A DNA stretch of 61,737 nucleotides, filler included, from a candidate division TA06 bacterium SM23_40 (GCA_001303705.1; 4 parts of 4 records of this genome joined end to end with filler, not necessarily neighbours in it), one strand, 5' to 3'. Positions 10,792 to 21,182 are shown, counted from the whole stretch's first letter. The notes: a model not told the origin generated them from the sequence alone. Numbers and translations are program-made.

Positions 10792-10995
10792 CTACATTGG
10801 TGGCGGACCCTCAACAACCACCTCTGTGACCACCCTCCTCGTGAACAGATAGTGCTTCCTTTCCTCCTCGATCCTTCTCACCTCAAACTCGTCCTTCTCA
10901 TACCCCTCCTGAACCTTCTTCGCCTCTTCCTCGGTCTCGTACGTTGCGCCGTCCCACATGAACTTCTTACCATCGATAACCCGCGCAAGATCCAT
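10792..10995 (-). CDS. Small hypothetical protein between mvhD and mvhG
   Basis: 67 aa, GGAGGTG RBS, packed inside the operon. Confidence 0.7.
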   Translation of the reverse strand: MDLARVIDGKKFMWDGATYETEEEAKKVQEGYEKDEFEVRRIEEERKHYLFTRRVVTEVVVEGPPPM

Positions 10996-11014
10996 AATCC
11001 TGTGATCACCTCCT

Positions 11015-11431
11015 CTATGCTTTGTACGGACTCGGGCCGAGCTCTTTGATCTGCTCTGTCATCTCTGTCACGACCTGAGCAAACTTCTGCCCTTCAGACG
11101 CCGAGATCCACTCCAGGCGGAATCGTTCCGGTTCGAGTCCAAAGTCCTCCAGCATAAGCTCGATGGCCGTTGCTCTATCCTTCGCTTTCTCATTACCTTC
11201 CAGGTAATGGCATTCTCCCAGGTGTCACCCGCAGATGAGGACGCCGTCCGCTCCCTTCGTCAGAGCCTCTATGACCAGATTGGGGTGAATCATACCTGAG
11301 CACATGACCCTGATGATGCGCAGGCTGGGCGGATACTGGACCCTCGAGGTTCCCGCCAGATCTGCCCCCGCATAAGAGCACCAGTTGCATAGGAAGCCAA
11401 GGATGAGAGGTTGGAACTCATCGTTTGCCAT
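11015..11431 (-). CDS. mvhD: MvhD [2Fe-2S] subunit, selenocysteine at codon 69
   Basis: [27 protein letters not shown]-[TGA 11227-11225]-HLGECHY; frame continues through [13 protein letters not shown] to TAG; start overlaps hdrA stop (TGATG). Confidence 0.92.
11191..11209 (-). promoter_or_regulatory. Putative SECIS hairpin of mvhD
   Basis: CATTACCT-GGA-AGGTAATG perfect 8-bp stem, +16 to +34 after the TGA. Confidence 0.65.
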
Positions 11432-14400
11432 CAATAGACCTCCAGTGCTGCTTCGACCATGGCCATCAGCTGGTCGAGTTTGAATCCCCTGACGAAGATG
11501 CCCTTCTTCGGGCATGTCGCCTGGCAGACACCGCAACCCTTGCACTTCGCCTCGGCGACCTCGACCGTCTTCTTGATCTGACCTTCCTTCATGTATTCGA
11601 TGAGCGTAATCGCCTCAAAGGGACAGGGATCGACACAATAGGCACAGCCATCACAGTTCGCATCGACAACCTCCGATATCGTCGGCTCGAGTTCAACCTC
11701 CTCCTGCGACAGAATCGTAGCCGCCCTCGATGCTGCGCCTCCAGCCTGAGAGATGCTCTCATCAACAGTCTTCGGACAGTGAGCGAGCCCACACAGGAAT
11801 ATCCCATCAGTGGCGAAATCGATCGGCCTCAACTTCATGTGAGCTTCGAGGAAGAACTTGTCCCCGGTCAGCGAAACCTTGAGCATCTTCGACAGTTCTT
11901 CGGCGTCCGCACGCGGAATGATCGCCGCCGCGAGCACCAGCAGGTCCGGTCTGAGCTCGACGTCCGCGTTCAGCATCTCATCGTGAACTACCACGCGCAG
12001 CTTCCCATCCTGATGCGACACTTCGGGCTTCCGATCATCGTGGTAGCGGATGAAGCGGATGCCCATCCGGCGAGCCTCGGTGTAGTACTGTTCCCTCAGT
12101 CCGTACGTCCTGATATCGCGGTACAGAATGAAGACGTCCGCATCGGGCTGTAATTCCTTCATCTTCAGCGCGTTCTTGATCGCCTCCTGGCAGCAGACGC
12201 GGCTGCAGTACGGGCGATCGGGTTCACGCGATCCCACACACTGAATCATCGCCACGGACTTCAGGGACGCGAGATCCGATCCTGCCTCTGATGCGGCTGC
12301 CAGTCGCTCTTCGAACTCACGCTGCGTGATGACTCTCTCGTCCTGACCATAGAGATATTCTGTCGGCTTATATTCCTCCGCTCCGGTCGCCACGATGACC
12401 ACGCCATGTTCGATCTCGGTCTCGGTTCCGTTCTTGGCGATGGTCGACTTGAAGTTGCCAAAGAAGCCTTCAAACGCCGCGAGCCTGGACCCCATATGAA
12501 CCGTTATCTTGGGGTGATTCGTGGTCCGCTCGATCGTCTGAGCTAGCATCTTCTCGACGTCTTCGCCTCCGAGCAAGTAGTGAATGTGTCGCAGATTCCC
12601 ACCCAGCTCGTTCTCCCGCTCCACGATGTGGACCTCGAATCCCTGGTTGGCCAGATTGAGGGCTGCCGTCACGCCGCTCATCCCTCCGCCGATCACCAGG
12701 GCCGCATGGTTCACGGGAACGGACCGGGATACCAGAGGCTCGATCAGTCGGGCCTTGGCCAGGGCCATCCGGATCAGGTCCTTCGACTTCTCGGTAGCCG
12801 AAGCCGGCTCATGCATGTGCACCCACGTGCACTGATCGCGGATGTTGGCCATTTCGAAGAGATAGGGATTGAGGCCACCCTGACGCACGGTCTCACGGAA
12901 GAGCGGCTCGTGGGTCCTCGGGGTACAGGAGATGACCACGACGCGATTGAGGTCCTTCTCCTTGATCAGTTCCTTGATCCGCTCCTGGGTATCTGTCGAG
13001 CACGTGTAGAGATTATCCTCTACGTGCACCACGTCCGGCTGATCCTTAGTGTATCCAACAAGACTGGGGACATCGGCCACTCCCCCGATGTTCTTTCCGC
13101 AGTGGCAGATGAATACCCCGATGCGCGGGTCCTGCCCGCAGACGTCCTTTTCCGGGGGATACTCCCGATGCGCAATGAGACTACCACGCTCTTCAGCGAG
13201 AAGCGCCATCGCATGCGACGCTGCGGCTGAGGCCTCCATTACCGTCTCGGGGATATCCTTCGGCTCCGAGAATGGACCGCAGACGTACACCCCTTCCTTG
13301 GAGGAGTCGACAGGAGATGACGTGTCGGTTACGGCGAAGCCGTACTGGTCGAGTTCGATCCCGAACGTGTCGGCCAGTTCCTTCACGCGCCGCGGCGGCC
13401 TCAATCCGCTCGACAGCACGACCATGTCAAACTCTTCCGTCACGAGCTCTCCGTCATCTCGCTGGTAGCTAATCAAGAGGTTACTGGAGGCAGGTATCTC
13501 CTTTATCGAGGAAGGACGGCACCTCGTGTATTTCACGCCAAGCTCCTTGGCACGATTGTAGTACTCATCGAATCCCTTGCCGAACGCACGCATGTCGATG
13601 AAGAAGATGTGGCACTCGAGCTCCAGATCGTGCTCTTTGGCGATGATCGCCTCCTTGGTCGCATACATGCAGCAGACTGAAGAGCAGTAGTCATGCTCGA
13701 CCTCTCGAGAACCGACGCACTGGATGAACGCAATCTTCCTGGGAGGCTTGCCGTCCGAAGGTCTGAGGACTGTCCCCTGAAACGGACCGCTCGCTGAGAG
13801 TATACGTTCGAACTGGAGGCTCGAAACGACGTTGAGATATCTGTCATACCCGAATTCTTTCTTGAGATCGGGGTCGAATAGCTCGAACCCGGGCGCGAGA
13901 ACAATTGCCCCCACTTCGACATCCTCAATCTTGTCCTGTTGCTCATAATCGATCGCATTCGCTTCGCAGAAGTTCTCGCACGATTTGCACGCATCCCTGA
14001 CGAAGTGAGCACACGTCTCAGGATCGATAACGGCGATCTTGGGGATGGCCTGGGGAAATGGGATGTACACGGACGAACGCTGGGCGAGCCCCATATCGTA
14101 GTCCGAAGTAATGGGCCTGACTTCGCGGGCGGTCACCTCGGAGAGATCCACGGCGTTCGTTGGACAGACGACAGTACATGCTCCGCAGGCGATGCAGATC
14201 GGGGAGTGCTTATCGAACGGCACCGCAACCTTCCTGTCCGGGCCACGGTTTATCAAGGTGACCGCACCGACGTTCATTCTCTCCTGGCAGATGCGGGTAC
14301 AGAGTCCACAGAGGATGCAGTCATCGTCCTTCTTCGGGAACCTGGTCTCCTCAATGCCCATCTCCCGCGCCATCTCCTGGATGTGCTCCGTCTCAGGACA

Positions 14401-14685
14401 CCGCGCGAGCAACAGTTCGAGCATGAGGCGCCGCGTCTTGAGGACCCTCTCTGTGTTGGTGCGAACCTCGAGTCCCTCCTGTGCGGGATAGACACAGGAT
14501 GCCTGGATCCTCGATCTCCCGTTTTGCACGAGCTCAACGAGGCAGACGCGACATGCTCCATACGGCGCGAGCGATTTGTGGTAGCATAGGGTCGGAATCC
14601 GTATCCCCAGCTGCTCGCACGCCTCCAGGATAGTCGTCCCCTCCTCCACACTGATCTGCTGGCCATCGATGGTCAGGTTAATCAT
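11431..14685 (-). CDS. NuoG/HydA-type N-terminal Fe-S domain fused to a tandem HdrA-like flavoprotein lacking its first FAD-binding N-terminus
   Basis: IPTLCYH..ACRVC..ASC [2Fe-2S], two CxxCxxCxxxC, then HdrA motifs [57 protein letters not shown]-terminal ferredoxin. Confidence 0.88.
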   Translation of the reverse strand: MINLTIDGQQISVEEGTTILEACEQLGIRIPTLCYHKSLAPYGACRVCLVELVQNGRSRIQASCVYPAQEGLEVRTNTERVLKTRRLMLELLLARCPETEHIQEMAREMGIEETRFPKKDDDCILCGLCTRICQERMNVGAVTLINRGPDRKVAVPFDKHSPICIACGACTVVCPTNAVDLSEVTAREVRPITSDYDMGLAQRSSVYIPFPQAIPKIAVIDPETCAHFVRDACKSCENFCEANAIDYEQQDKIEDVEVGAIVLAPGFELFDPDLKKEFGYDRYLNVVSSLQFERILSASGPFQGTVLRPSDGKPPRKIAFIQCVGSREVEHDYCSSVCCMYATKEAIIAKEHDLELECHIFFIDMRAFGKGFDEYYNRAKELGVKYTRCRPSSIKEIPASSNLLISYQRDDGELVTEEFDMVVLSSGLRPPRRVKELADTFGIELDQYGFAVTDTSSPVDSSKEGVYVCGPFSEPKDIPETVMEASAAASHAMALLAEERGSLIAHREYPPEKDVCGQDPRIGVFICHCGKNIGGVADVPSLVGYTKDQPDVVHVEDNLYTCSTDTQERIKELIKEKDLNRVVVISCTPRTHEPLFRETVRQGGLNPYLFEMANIRDQCTWVHMHEPASATEKSKDLIRMALAKARLIEPLVSRSVPVNHAALVIGGGMSGVTAALNLANQGFEVHIVERENELGGNLRHIHYLLGGEDVEKMLAQTIERTTNHPKITVHMGSRLAAFEGFFGNFKSTIAKNGTETEIEHGVVIVATGAEEYKPTEYLYGQDERVITQREFEERLAAASEAGSDLASLKSVAMIQCVGSREPDRPYCSRVCCQEAIKNALKMKELQPDADVFILYRDIRTYGLREQYYTEARRMGIRFIRYHDDRKPEVSHQDGKLRVVVHDEMLNADVELRPDLLVLAAAIIPRADAEELSKMLKVSLTGDKFFLEAHMKLRPIDFATDGIFLCGLAHCPKTVDESISQAGGAASRAATILSQEEVELEPTISEVVDANCDGCAYCVDPCPFEAITLIEYMKEGQIKKTVEVAEAKCKGCGVCQATCPKKGIFVRGFKLDQLMAMVEAALEVY

Positions 14686-15139
14686 TGCTCTCCCTGTCCC
14701 TTGTATCGAAGTAGTAGATGGAATCGCCCTTCCTATGTTCGAATCGGAGTTCGATCTCCGGCCTACCGGTTATGATTGTGCGTATCGTCTCGTAGATATC
14801 CCCCAAAGGTTTTCTGTCTGGATGGCTATATCGGAAAACTGCCCGTACCTTCGTCCCCTTGCCGGGTCCAGATGCGAGTTGAAGCTCTCCTTCACACTCC
14901 CTGGCGGCCTGCGCGAGGAGGGGCAGCCCTAATCCCACTCTCCTCGTCGTCCTCGTTGTGAAGAACGGATCGAGTGCCTTCTGTTGGGTTTCCGCATCCA
15001 TCCCCTTCCCATCATCCACAATCTCTATCACCAGAAGATCATGCTCGGCATCTTCGTCGATCCTGATTTCGATCGTCTTAGCCGATGCGCTGAGAGAATT
15101 CTCGACTATGTCGAGTATGTGAAGGGAAAGATCCTCCAC
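14678..15139 (-). CDS. Stand-alone HATPase (histidine kinase-like ATP-binding) protein
   Basis: DLSLHILDIVENS, DDGKGM, DPFFTT, VGLGL; no HisKA domain. Confidence 0.85.
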   Translation of the reverse strand: MEDLSLHILDIVENSLSASAKTIEIRIDEDAEHDLLVIEIVDDGKGMDAETQQKALDPFFTTRTTRRVGLGLPLLAQAARECEGELQLASGPGKGTKVRAVFRYSHPDRKPLGDIYETIRTIITGRPEIELRFEHRKGDSIYYFDTRDRESND

Positions 15140-15140
15140 C

Positions 15141-15860
15141 TTAGTGAACTGTCACCTTCCTTCCGTCCTTGTCGAGCAACGCCAGTTCGATCTCGTCGAT
15201 CGTGGCCTCCTCCAGCGTAAACGTCGTAGTGGCCCTTCCGATATCACTCAGAAAATGGGCATCGGAACAGGTGATCACAGGATAGTCCTTCCACGCCTCG
15301 GCGGCCTGCGGACGAGACACCTCCAGGGCATCGAGCCCGAGGGCTGGCGGGATGAAGCCAAGCTGTCCGATGATACTGAACCCTTCTCGATCTACGTGAG
15401 AAGCAATCGCGAGCCCCTGGAGGCGGTGGACCGCCTGAACCACCTCTTCTACCGCAAGCGTCGTAGCCCCGATCAGCAATTTCGTGTTCGATCCTATGAC
15501 CCGGTCATACTCATCGACTATCGTCTGAGGCCCGAACGCCTCCTCGTCGTTTTCCCCCGGCAGGCTGTCGTATACGATACGCTGCATCTCACGCAGGCTG
15601 GCCTCTGTGCGGAACAGCCCAAGGATATGAACTTCCTCGCGCGACGTTATCTCCATACCGGGGATGACGCAAAGCCCCTCACTCTCTCCGGCCCTCGTCA
15701 CAGCATCCACGTTATCCATCGAGTTATGATCACAAATCGCGATTATATCGAGGCCAACCTGCTTCGCCTGTCTTACAATCATCCTGGGGATCATCTCCGG
15801 ATCCGCGCATGGAGAGAGACATGTGTGGAGATGCAGATCTGCACTGAACTCCCTCATCAT
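15141..15860 (-). CDS. PHP-domain phosphoesterase
   Basis: DLHLHTCLSPC, ICDHN, EEVHIL, SHVD, SDAH. Confidence 0.88.
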   Translation of the reverse strand: MMREFSADLHLHTCLSPCADPEMIPRMIVRQAKQVGLDIIAICDHNSMDNVDAVTRAGESEGLCVIPGMEITSREEVHILGLFRTEASLREMQRIVYDSLPGENDEEAFGPQTIVDEYDRVIGSNTKLLIGATTLAVEEVVQAVHRLQGLAIASHVDREGFSIIGQLGFIPPALGLDALEVSRPQAAEAWKDYPVITCSDAHFLSDIGRATTTFTLEEATIDEIELALLDKDGRKVTVH

Positions 15861-16201
15861 CTCGTCCCGGAGATTCCCAGCTCGTAGAGCTTGCCAACGA
15901 CCTCAAACGTCGGCATGTCGGTCACCATGATGGGCATCGCTTCCTGCTCTGCCGCTTCCAGAGTCCCCTCCTCCGGTTCCCTCCCATTGACGAGCACGAT
16001 TCCCGCGAGCTTGTTCATCGAGGCGACCGCCACGATGTTCTGATGAATCTGAAGCGTGATCCAGATATCTCCTTCGTTGCTATTGGCGATCACGTCGCTG
16101 AGGAGATCGCTGGCGTATCCTCCGGTCACGTCTTCGCCAAGCTTTTCTTTCCCGCTTCTAACAGACAGGTCGAGCCGGTCTACTATCTCGGACAGCTTCA
16201 A
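15857..16201 (-). CDS. DRTGG/HPr-kinase N-terminal-like domain protein
   Basis: GGYASDLLSDV, WITLQ.HQNIVAVA. Confidence 0.82.
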   Translation of the reverse strand: MKLSEIVDRLDLSVRSGKEKLGEDVTGGYASDLLSDVIANSNEGDIWITLQIHQNIVAVASMNKLAGIVLVNGREPEEGTLEAAEQEAMPIMVTDMPTFEVVGKLYELGISGTR

Positions 16202-17127
16202 GATCCTCTCCCCTGCTCAGTAAATATGCAGACCTTCAGATGAGTCCCTGATCCGACATCCGAGGTGAGCACCATTTCATCGGCGCACTTCTGGATATTG
16301 TTCAGACCCATACCCGCTCCAAACCCGAGCTCTCTCACCCACTCCGGAGCCGTCGAATACCCCGGCTGCATCGCCTTCTCTACGTCAGGGATACCCGGAC
16401 CCGAGTCCCTCACGTCAACCACGATCTTCTCGGGATCGATCTCGCACGATATCTTGCCCCCCGGCGTGTACACAACCACATTCATCTCCGCCTCATACGT
16501 CGCAATGGCGACCCGGCGGACGATACGGGGATCTATCCCCAGACGCCTCAGCGTTGTCTTCAGCCCGCTGGCACTCTCCCCCGCCCGCTCGAAGTCCTGA
16601 CCGACGACGTCATACTCGAACAAGAGCTTCGTCCGGTCGGCCAGAATGTCCTCAAAGATATGGCTCGCGCGATAGCGATGGATCTCTTCCTCGCTGTAGT
16701 CGATCTCGAGCTTCCTCAGAAGCCCCTCAATAACGAGACCCGCGGTAATGATCCCCACCAGCTCGTTCGTTTCGCGATCGATGACGGGGAACCGGCCGTA
16801 GCCAAGTTGCTCCAGTTTGTTGACAGCGGTCACGAGTGGCTCGTCGGCGTACAGCGTCTTCACATCGCGCGTCATCTTTGCCCCTATGGGGCAATCATCT
16901 TCTCTGTTTGCCAACCACTTGATGAAGTCCTCCAGGCTGATGATACCGACGAGTGCATCGCCCTCTACCACGGGAGCGCCTGAAATCCGATTGACGCGAA
17001 GAATCTCCCTCAGTTCGCTCATCTGGGTAGTCGGTCCGACAGTGATCACTTTTCTCCGCATCACCTCCTGAACCTTCATCTCGTATACGAGTTCTTGAAT
17101 CTTGGTGATCTTCTCGTCTCGATTCAA
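16198..17127 (-). CDS. CBS-pair domain fused to RsbW/RsbT-type Ser/Thr kinase
   Basis: Two CBS repeats, then AGESAS..YEAEMN..DSGPGI..GFGAGMGL. Confidence 0.85.
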   Translation of the reverse strand: MNRDEKITKIQELVYEMKVQEVMRRKVITVGPTTQMSELREILRVNRISGAPVVEGDALVGIISLEDFIKWLANREDDCPIGAKMTRDVKTLYADEPLVTAVNKLEQLGYGRFPVIDRETNELVGIITAGLVIEGLLRKLEIDYSEEEIHRYRASHIFEDILADRTKLLFEYDVVGQDFERAGESASGLKTTLRRLGIDPRIVRRVAIATYEAEMNVVVYTPGGKISCEIDPEKIVVDVRDSGPGIPDVEKAMQPGYSTAPEWVRELGFGAGMGLNNIQKCADEMVLTSDVGSGTHLKVCIFTEQGRGS

Positions 17128-17490
17128 CTAACCACTCTCCGTCGCCTCATAGTCGCCCGGGAGGCCCTCGGTATAGAGCCGGCCACAGGCCTCAAACATC
17201 CGGAACCTGGTTGCGAGCAACGGAATGTTCTTGAGCTGAGCCAGCTTGACGGTCTCATCTGTGGGCTTCTTCCCGCGCACGAAACAGATCGCGACGATAT
17301 CTTGCATCTCTGCCGTTCGCACTGTCTGCTGATTCGTCAGCCCGGTGAGTAAGAGTGAAGCAGGCTTGATGAAGGCGAGGACGTCGCTCATAAGATCGGA
17401 GCCGCAGCCCATCTTGACCCTACGATGCAGAAGATCTTTTCCCACGATGACCTCAGCCTCCAGTACTCTCCTCACGTCCTCGAGAGTCAT
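17128..17490 (-). CDS. DRTGG-domain protein
   Basis: GSDLMSDVL, LLLTGL, VRGKKP, MFEACGRLY; start inferred at ATG 17490. Confidence 0.82.
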   Translation of the reverse strand: MTLEDVRRVLEAEVIVGKDLLHRRVKMGCGSDLMSDVLAFIKPASLLLTGLTNQQTVRTAEMQDIVAICFVRGKKPTDETVKLAQLKNIPLLATRFRMFEACGRLYTEGLPGDYEATESG

Positions 17491-17495
17491 GCTCT

Positions 17496-17678
17496 TCACC
17501 AAGGCTCTCCTCTTTTCCAGTCGACTAGAGCATGTTCGAACTCGCATCGCTCACAACGGTACCATCTCGGACACGGTCTATACGACGACACCCGTGAGCC
17601 CGAGAACTTGCAGAGCTGCCATGCAGCCTTATAGCTCTCGTTTCTCTCCTTCTTTTCTGTATCCGACTCGCCATTCAT
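17496..17678 (-). CDS. Small four-Cys protein, possible metal-binding
   Basis: 60 aa, C..SYRPC..YRCERCEF; fills the gap in the operon. Confidence 0.6.
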   Translation of the reverse strand: MNGESDTEKKERNESYKAAWQLCKFSGSRVSSYRPCPRWYRCERCEFEHALVDWKRGEPW

Positions 17679-17702
17679 GGATTCTCGTCCCCCATCCTGT
17701 GG

Positions 17703-20700
17703 CTATCCGTGAGCTTCGAGATCGCAGCGGAGACAACGCTTTGCCTCAAGTATCGCCATCTCCTTGGTCAGACCAAGCTCTACTTCTTCGTAACTACGCT
17801 TTCTCTGCTCGACCTCCAGCAGCGGCATCTCGGGGCGATCAAGGTTCCGCCCTTCTTCCTCGGCCAGCTTGACCGGTTCGACCTCCATCAACGGCTTGAC
17901 AACGTCATAGGTTCTCTCCAGGCTCTCGCCCCTGAGGAATTTGTGTATGGACTCAGCCGCAAGTTTCCCGTCGCCGATGGAGTTGGTCACGCTGACCGGT
18001 CCGCTCACCACTTCGCCTCCTGCGAAAACGCCATCCTTGTTGGTGGCCAGAGTCTCGGGATCGACGACAAGCGTGTTACTCTTCGAGATCTCGAAATCGT
18101 GCCCCTCGGGCAAGAACGAGAGATCCGGCTCCTGCATGATGACGGGAATGAACGTGTCGGCCTCGATAGTGAACTCAGAGCCCTTTACCGGAACGGGCCG
18201 CCGGGGACCCCGTCCGTTGCCGCCCCGCTTCGCCATCCGCACACACTCTACGCCCTTGACCTTACCGTTTCCTGATACAATCCTGGTCGGCTTTGCCAAC
18301 TCCTCGAGCCGGACGCCCTCAGCCAGTGCAGCACGGATCTCGCCCTCGGGGGCGGCCATCTCCTGGCGACTCCTCCAGAATACAACGAGAACGTCCCTGG
18401 CTCCCAGACGCAGAGCGGTGCGCGCCACATCGATCGCAGCGCTGCTGCCTCCCACGACACAGACTTTCTCGCCGACCTGCGGATTCTCTTTGAGATTGAC
18501 GGCCCGGAGCAGCGCGAGCGGGTCCAGGACGCCATCTACATCCTCTCCTGGTATCCCGAGTTTCCGGCTCTTTCCTGCACCAGTGGCAATGAGGACAGCC
18601 TTGTACCCATCATTGAACAGAGCATCGATATCCCGCACCGGCGAGTCTATCTTGATCTCCACGCCAGTCTTCTTGATGTAGTCGATCTCTCGATCGACGA
18701 GGTCCTTGGGCAGTCTGAATTCCGGAATCCAGACTGAGAGCATGCCACCGGGCACGGGCAGAGCCTCGAAGATCGTGACCGGGTAGCCGCGACGGGCCAG
18801 GAAGTACCCGGCGCTCAGCCCGGCCGGGCCAGACCCGATGATCGCCACCTTCTCCTCATACCGCTGAGGCGGGGGCTTGACCTTCGGCGTCGCACCCGAG
18901 GAACGCTCATAGTCTGCAACGAATCTCTTGAGCGCCCTGATGGCAATCGGCTTACCCCACTCCCCGGCACGGCACTTCAGTTCGCACATCTGAGGACAGA
19001 CGCGTCCACAGACAGCAGGCAGGGGGTTCTTCTCTCTGATCAGCTCCATCGCTTTCTCGAACTCAGCGCGCGCAATCAGCCCGATGTACCCGGCGGCGTC
19101 CTGGTCGAGCGGGCACGAATACTGACAGGGGGAGGAGATGATCTGCTTGCAGACGACAGCCGGACATCTCTTGTACTTGATGTGTGCTTCGTATTCGTCA
19201 CGGAAATAGCGGATCGTGCTCAATACGGGGTTCGGCGCGGTCCCTCCGAGGGCACAGAGCGACGCGTCCTGAATGGCCTGGCCTAGCTCCTCGAGCATTG
19301 CGATATCGCCTTCCTCCCCCTTGCCCTGGCAGATTCGCTCGAGCACCTTCCACATCACCTCGACGCCCTCGCGGCAGGCAGTGCACTTACCGCACGATTC
19401 GTCGCGCAGGAAGTCAGTGAAGTAACGGGCAACGTCAACGATGCATGTCTCCTCGTCCATGACGATCAGACCACCCGAGCCCATGATCGAACCGGCTTCG
19501 GCCAGGCGTTCGTAGTCGATGGGGAGATCGAGAAGCCTCTCGGGAATGCAGCCGCCGGACGGACCCCCTGTCTGGACCGCCTTGAACTTCTTGTCTCCGG
19601 GGATGCCGCCACCGATATCGAAGACGATCTCACGCATGGTGATTCCCATCGGAACCTCTACGAGCCCGGTATTGCGAACCTTTCCGACCACTGAGAAGAC
19701 CTTCGTTCCTTTGCTCGTCTCGGTCCCGATGCTGGCGAACCACTCCCCTCCGCGATTGATGATCTCGGGAACGTTCGCCCACGTCTCCACATTGTTGATA
19801 TTGGTCGGTTCTCCCCAGACTCCCGAATCGACCGGAAACGGCGGCCGAACGCGGGGCTCAGGGGGATTCCCCTCTAGAGAGGCTATAAGCGATGTCTCCT
19901 CGCCACAGACGAATGCGCCTGCCCCCCGCTGCACCTTGACATCAAAGTCGAATCCTGTTCCGAGAATGTCCTCCCCGAGCAACCCATACTCCTTTGCCTG
20001 TTCTATGGCCAATAGCAGCCTTTCCCGCGCGAGAGGGTACTCGTGTCTGATGTAGATGTGGCCCTGGGATGCACCGATCGCCCGCGCTCCAATGAGCATC
20101 CCCTCCAGTACGGTATGAGGATCTGACTCAATGATACTTCGATCCATGAACGCGCCCGGGTCGCCCTCATCGGCGTTGCAGACGATGTGCTTCCGTTCTC
20201 CCTTGGCGCGTCGAGCCAACTCCCACTTCTTCCCGGTAGGGAACCCAGCGCCGCCGCGGCCCCGCAACCCGGACTCCTTGATCTCCTCGATGATCCCCTC
20301 AGGAGTCATCTCGGTGAGAGCCTTGACGAGCGCAGTGTATCCACCGCGAGCGATGTATTCGTCGATCTTCTCTGGATCTATCAGTCCACGATTCCTCAGG
20401 GCGACCAGTCGCTGCTTGCCGAAGAACCCGATATCGGCCATTATCGGCACGGGCATCTCCTCTGCTGGAGGCGTGTACATCAGCTTCTTGACGGGCCGGC
20501 CCTTGAGGAAGTGCTCCTCGACCAGATGAGGTATCTCCTCTTCGGTCAGCAGCTGGTAGAAGATCCCCTCAGGCAGAACATGCATGACCGGCCCCTGGGC
20601 ACAGAACCCGTTGCAGCCGGTCATGACGATCCCAACTTCATGTTCGAGCTCATGCTTCCTCAGCTCGCGCTCCAGGGCTTCCTTTACCTTGAACGACCTA

Positions 20701-20759
20701 TTCGATACGCAGCCCGTTCCTGCGCAGAGCATCAGATGTGTCCTGTATTTCTCCATCAA
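17703..20759 (-). CDS. HydB/NuoF (NADH/FMN) subunit fused to a GltD/NfnB-like flavoprotein domain
   Basis: CAGTGC..GCNGFC, LRGRGGAGFPTG, NADEGDPGAFMDR, GGPSGG, ESCGKCTACR, then CQYSCP, CGRVCPQMC, GSGPAG, RCLRC. Confidence 0.9.
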   Translation of the reverse strand: MMEKYRTHLMLCAGTGCVSNRSFKVKEALERELRKHELEHEVGIVMTGCNGFCAQGPVMHVLPEGIFYQLLTEEEIPHLVEEHFLKGRPVKKLMYTPPAEEMPVPIMADIGFFGKQRLVALRNRGLIDPEKIDEYIARGGYTALVKALTEMTPEGIIEEIKESGLRGRGGAGFPTGKKWELARRAKGERKHIVCNADEGDPGAFMDRSIIESDPHTVLEGMLIGARAIGASQGHIYIRHEYPLARERLLLAIEQAKEYGLLGEDILGTGFDFDVKVQRGAGAFVCGEETSLIASLEGNPPEPRVRPPFPVDSGVWGEPTNINNVETWANVPEIINRGGEWFASIGTETSKGTKVFSVVGKVRNTGLVEVPMGITMREIVFDIGGGIPGDKKFKAVQTGGPSGGCIPERLLDLPIDYERLAEAGSIMGSGGLIVMDEETCIVDVARYFTDFLRDESCGKCTACREGVEVMWKVLERICQGKGEEGDIAMLEELGQAIQDASLCALGGTAPNPVLSTIRYFRDEYEAHIKYKRCPAVVCKQIISSPCQYSCPLDQDAAGYIGLIARAEFEKAMELIREKNPLPAVCGRVCPQMCELKCRAGEWGKPIAIRALKRFVADYERSSGATPKVKPPPQRYEEKVAIIGSGPAGLSAGYFLARRGYPVTIFEALPVPGGMLSVWIPEFRLPKDLVDREIDYIKKTGVEIKIDSPVRDIDALFNDGYKAVLIATGAGKSRKLGIPGEDVDGVLDPLALLRAVNLKENPQVGEKVCVVGGSSAAIDVARTALRLGARDVLVVFWRSRQEMAAPEGEIRAALAEGVRLEELAKPTRIVSGNGKVKGVECVRMAKRGGNGRGPRRPVPVKGSEFTIEADTFIPVIMQEPDLSFLPEGHDFEISKSNTLVVDPETLATNKDGVFAGGEVVSGPVSVTNSIGDGKLAAESIHKFLRGESLERTYDVVKPLMEVEPVKLAEEEGRNLDRPEMPLLEVEQRKRSYEEVELGLTKEMAILEAKRCLRCDLEAHG

Positions 20760-20785
20760 CTGGCTCCCTCTATCTCTCGAACTAT

Positions 20786-21169
20786 CTAGGATACCCGTTC
20801 ACTCCCTATCGCAAGAGCATATTCGGTTACGATCTGGCCGCCGAGTACGTGTTCCTCGAATATCCGGTTCGCCTTCTCCTCAGTGAGATCGATATACTTG
20901 ACAGGAGCCTCTCCCTTGAGCTCGATCGTAGCCATGGGCTCGTGGGCACAGAGACCAGCGCAACCAGACGTGGTGAGGATAATGTCCTTTAACTGCCTCG
21001 CTTCCACCAGACCGAGGAACGCGCTCATGATCTTGCGTGCGCCGGCAGCGATTCCGCACGTCCCCATATGCACAGTGATTTTCGCCCTGGCATCGCCGTC
21101 ACGCAGGCTCATCGTCCTCGCCATCGTCTCCCTGATCCTCTCCAGATCACCAGGCGTCAACTTGGGCAC
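20786..21169 (-). CDS. Thioredoxin-like [2Fe-2S] ferredoxin (HydD/HndB-like)
   Basis: VHMGTCGIAAGAR, SGCAGLCAHEP. Confidence 0.85.
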   Translation of the reverse strand: MPKLTPGDLERIRETMARTMSLRDGDARAKITVHMGTCGIAAGARKIMSAFLGLVEARQLKDIILTTSGCAGLCAHEPMATIELKGEAPVKYIDLTEEKANRIFEEHVLGGQIVTEYALAIGSERVS

Positions 21170-21182
21170 GGTTCACTCTCCT

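Noticed and set aside
11225-11227. TGA as a pseudogene stop or sign of a reassigned genetic code
   Set aside because: Many genes here end at TGA (hdrA, nadE, copA); both internal TGAs fall at Cys-equivalent positions with a downstream hairpin, which fits Sec.
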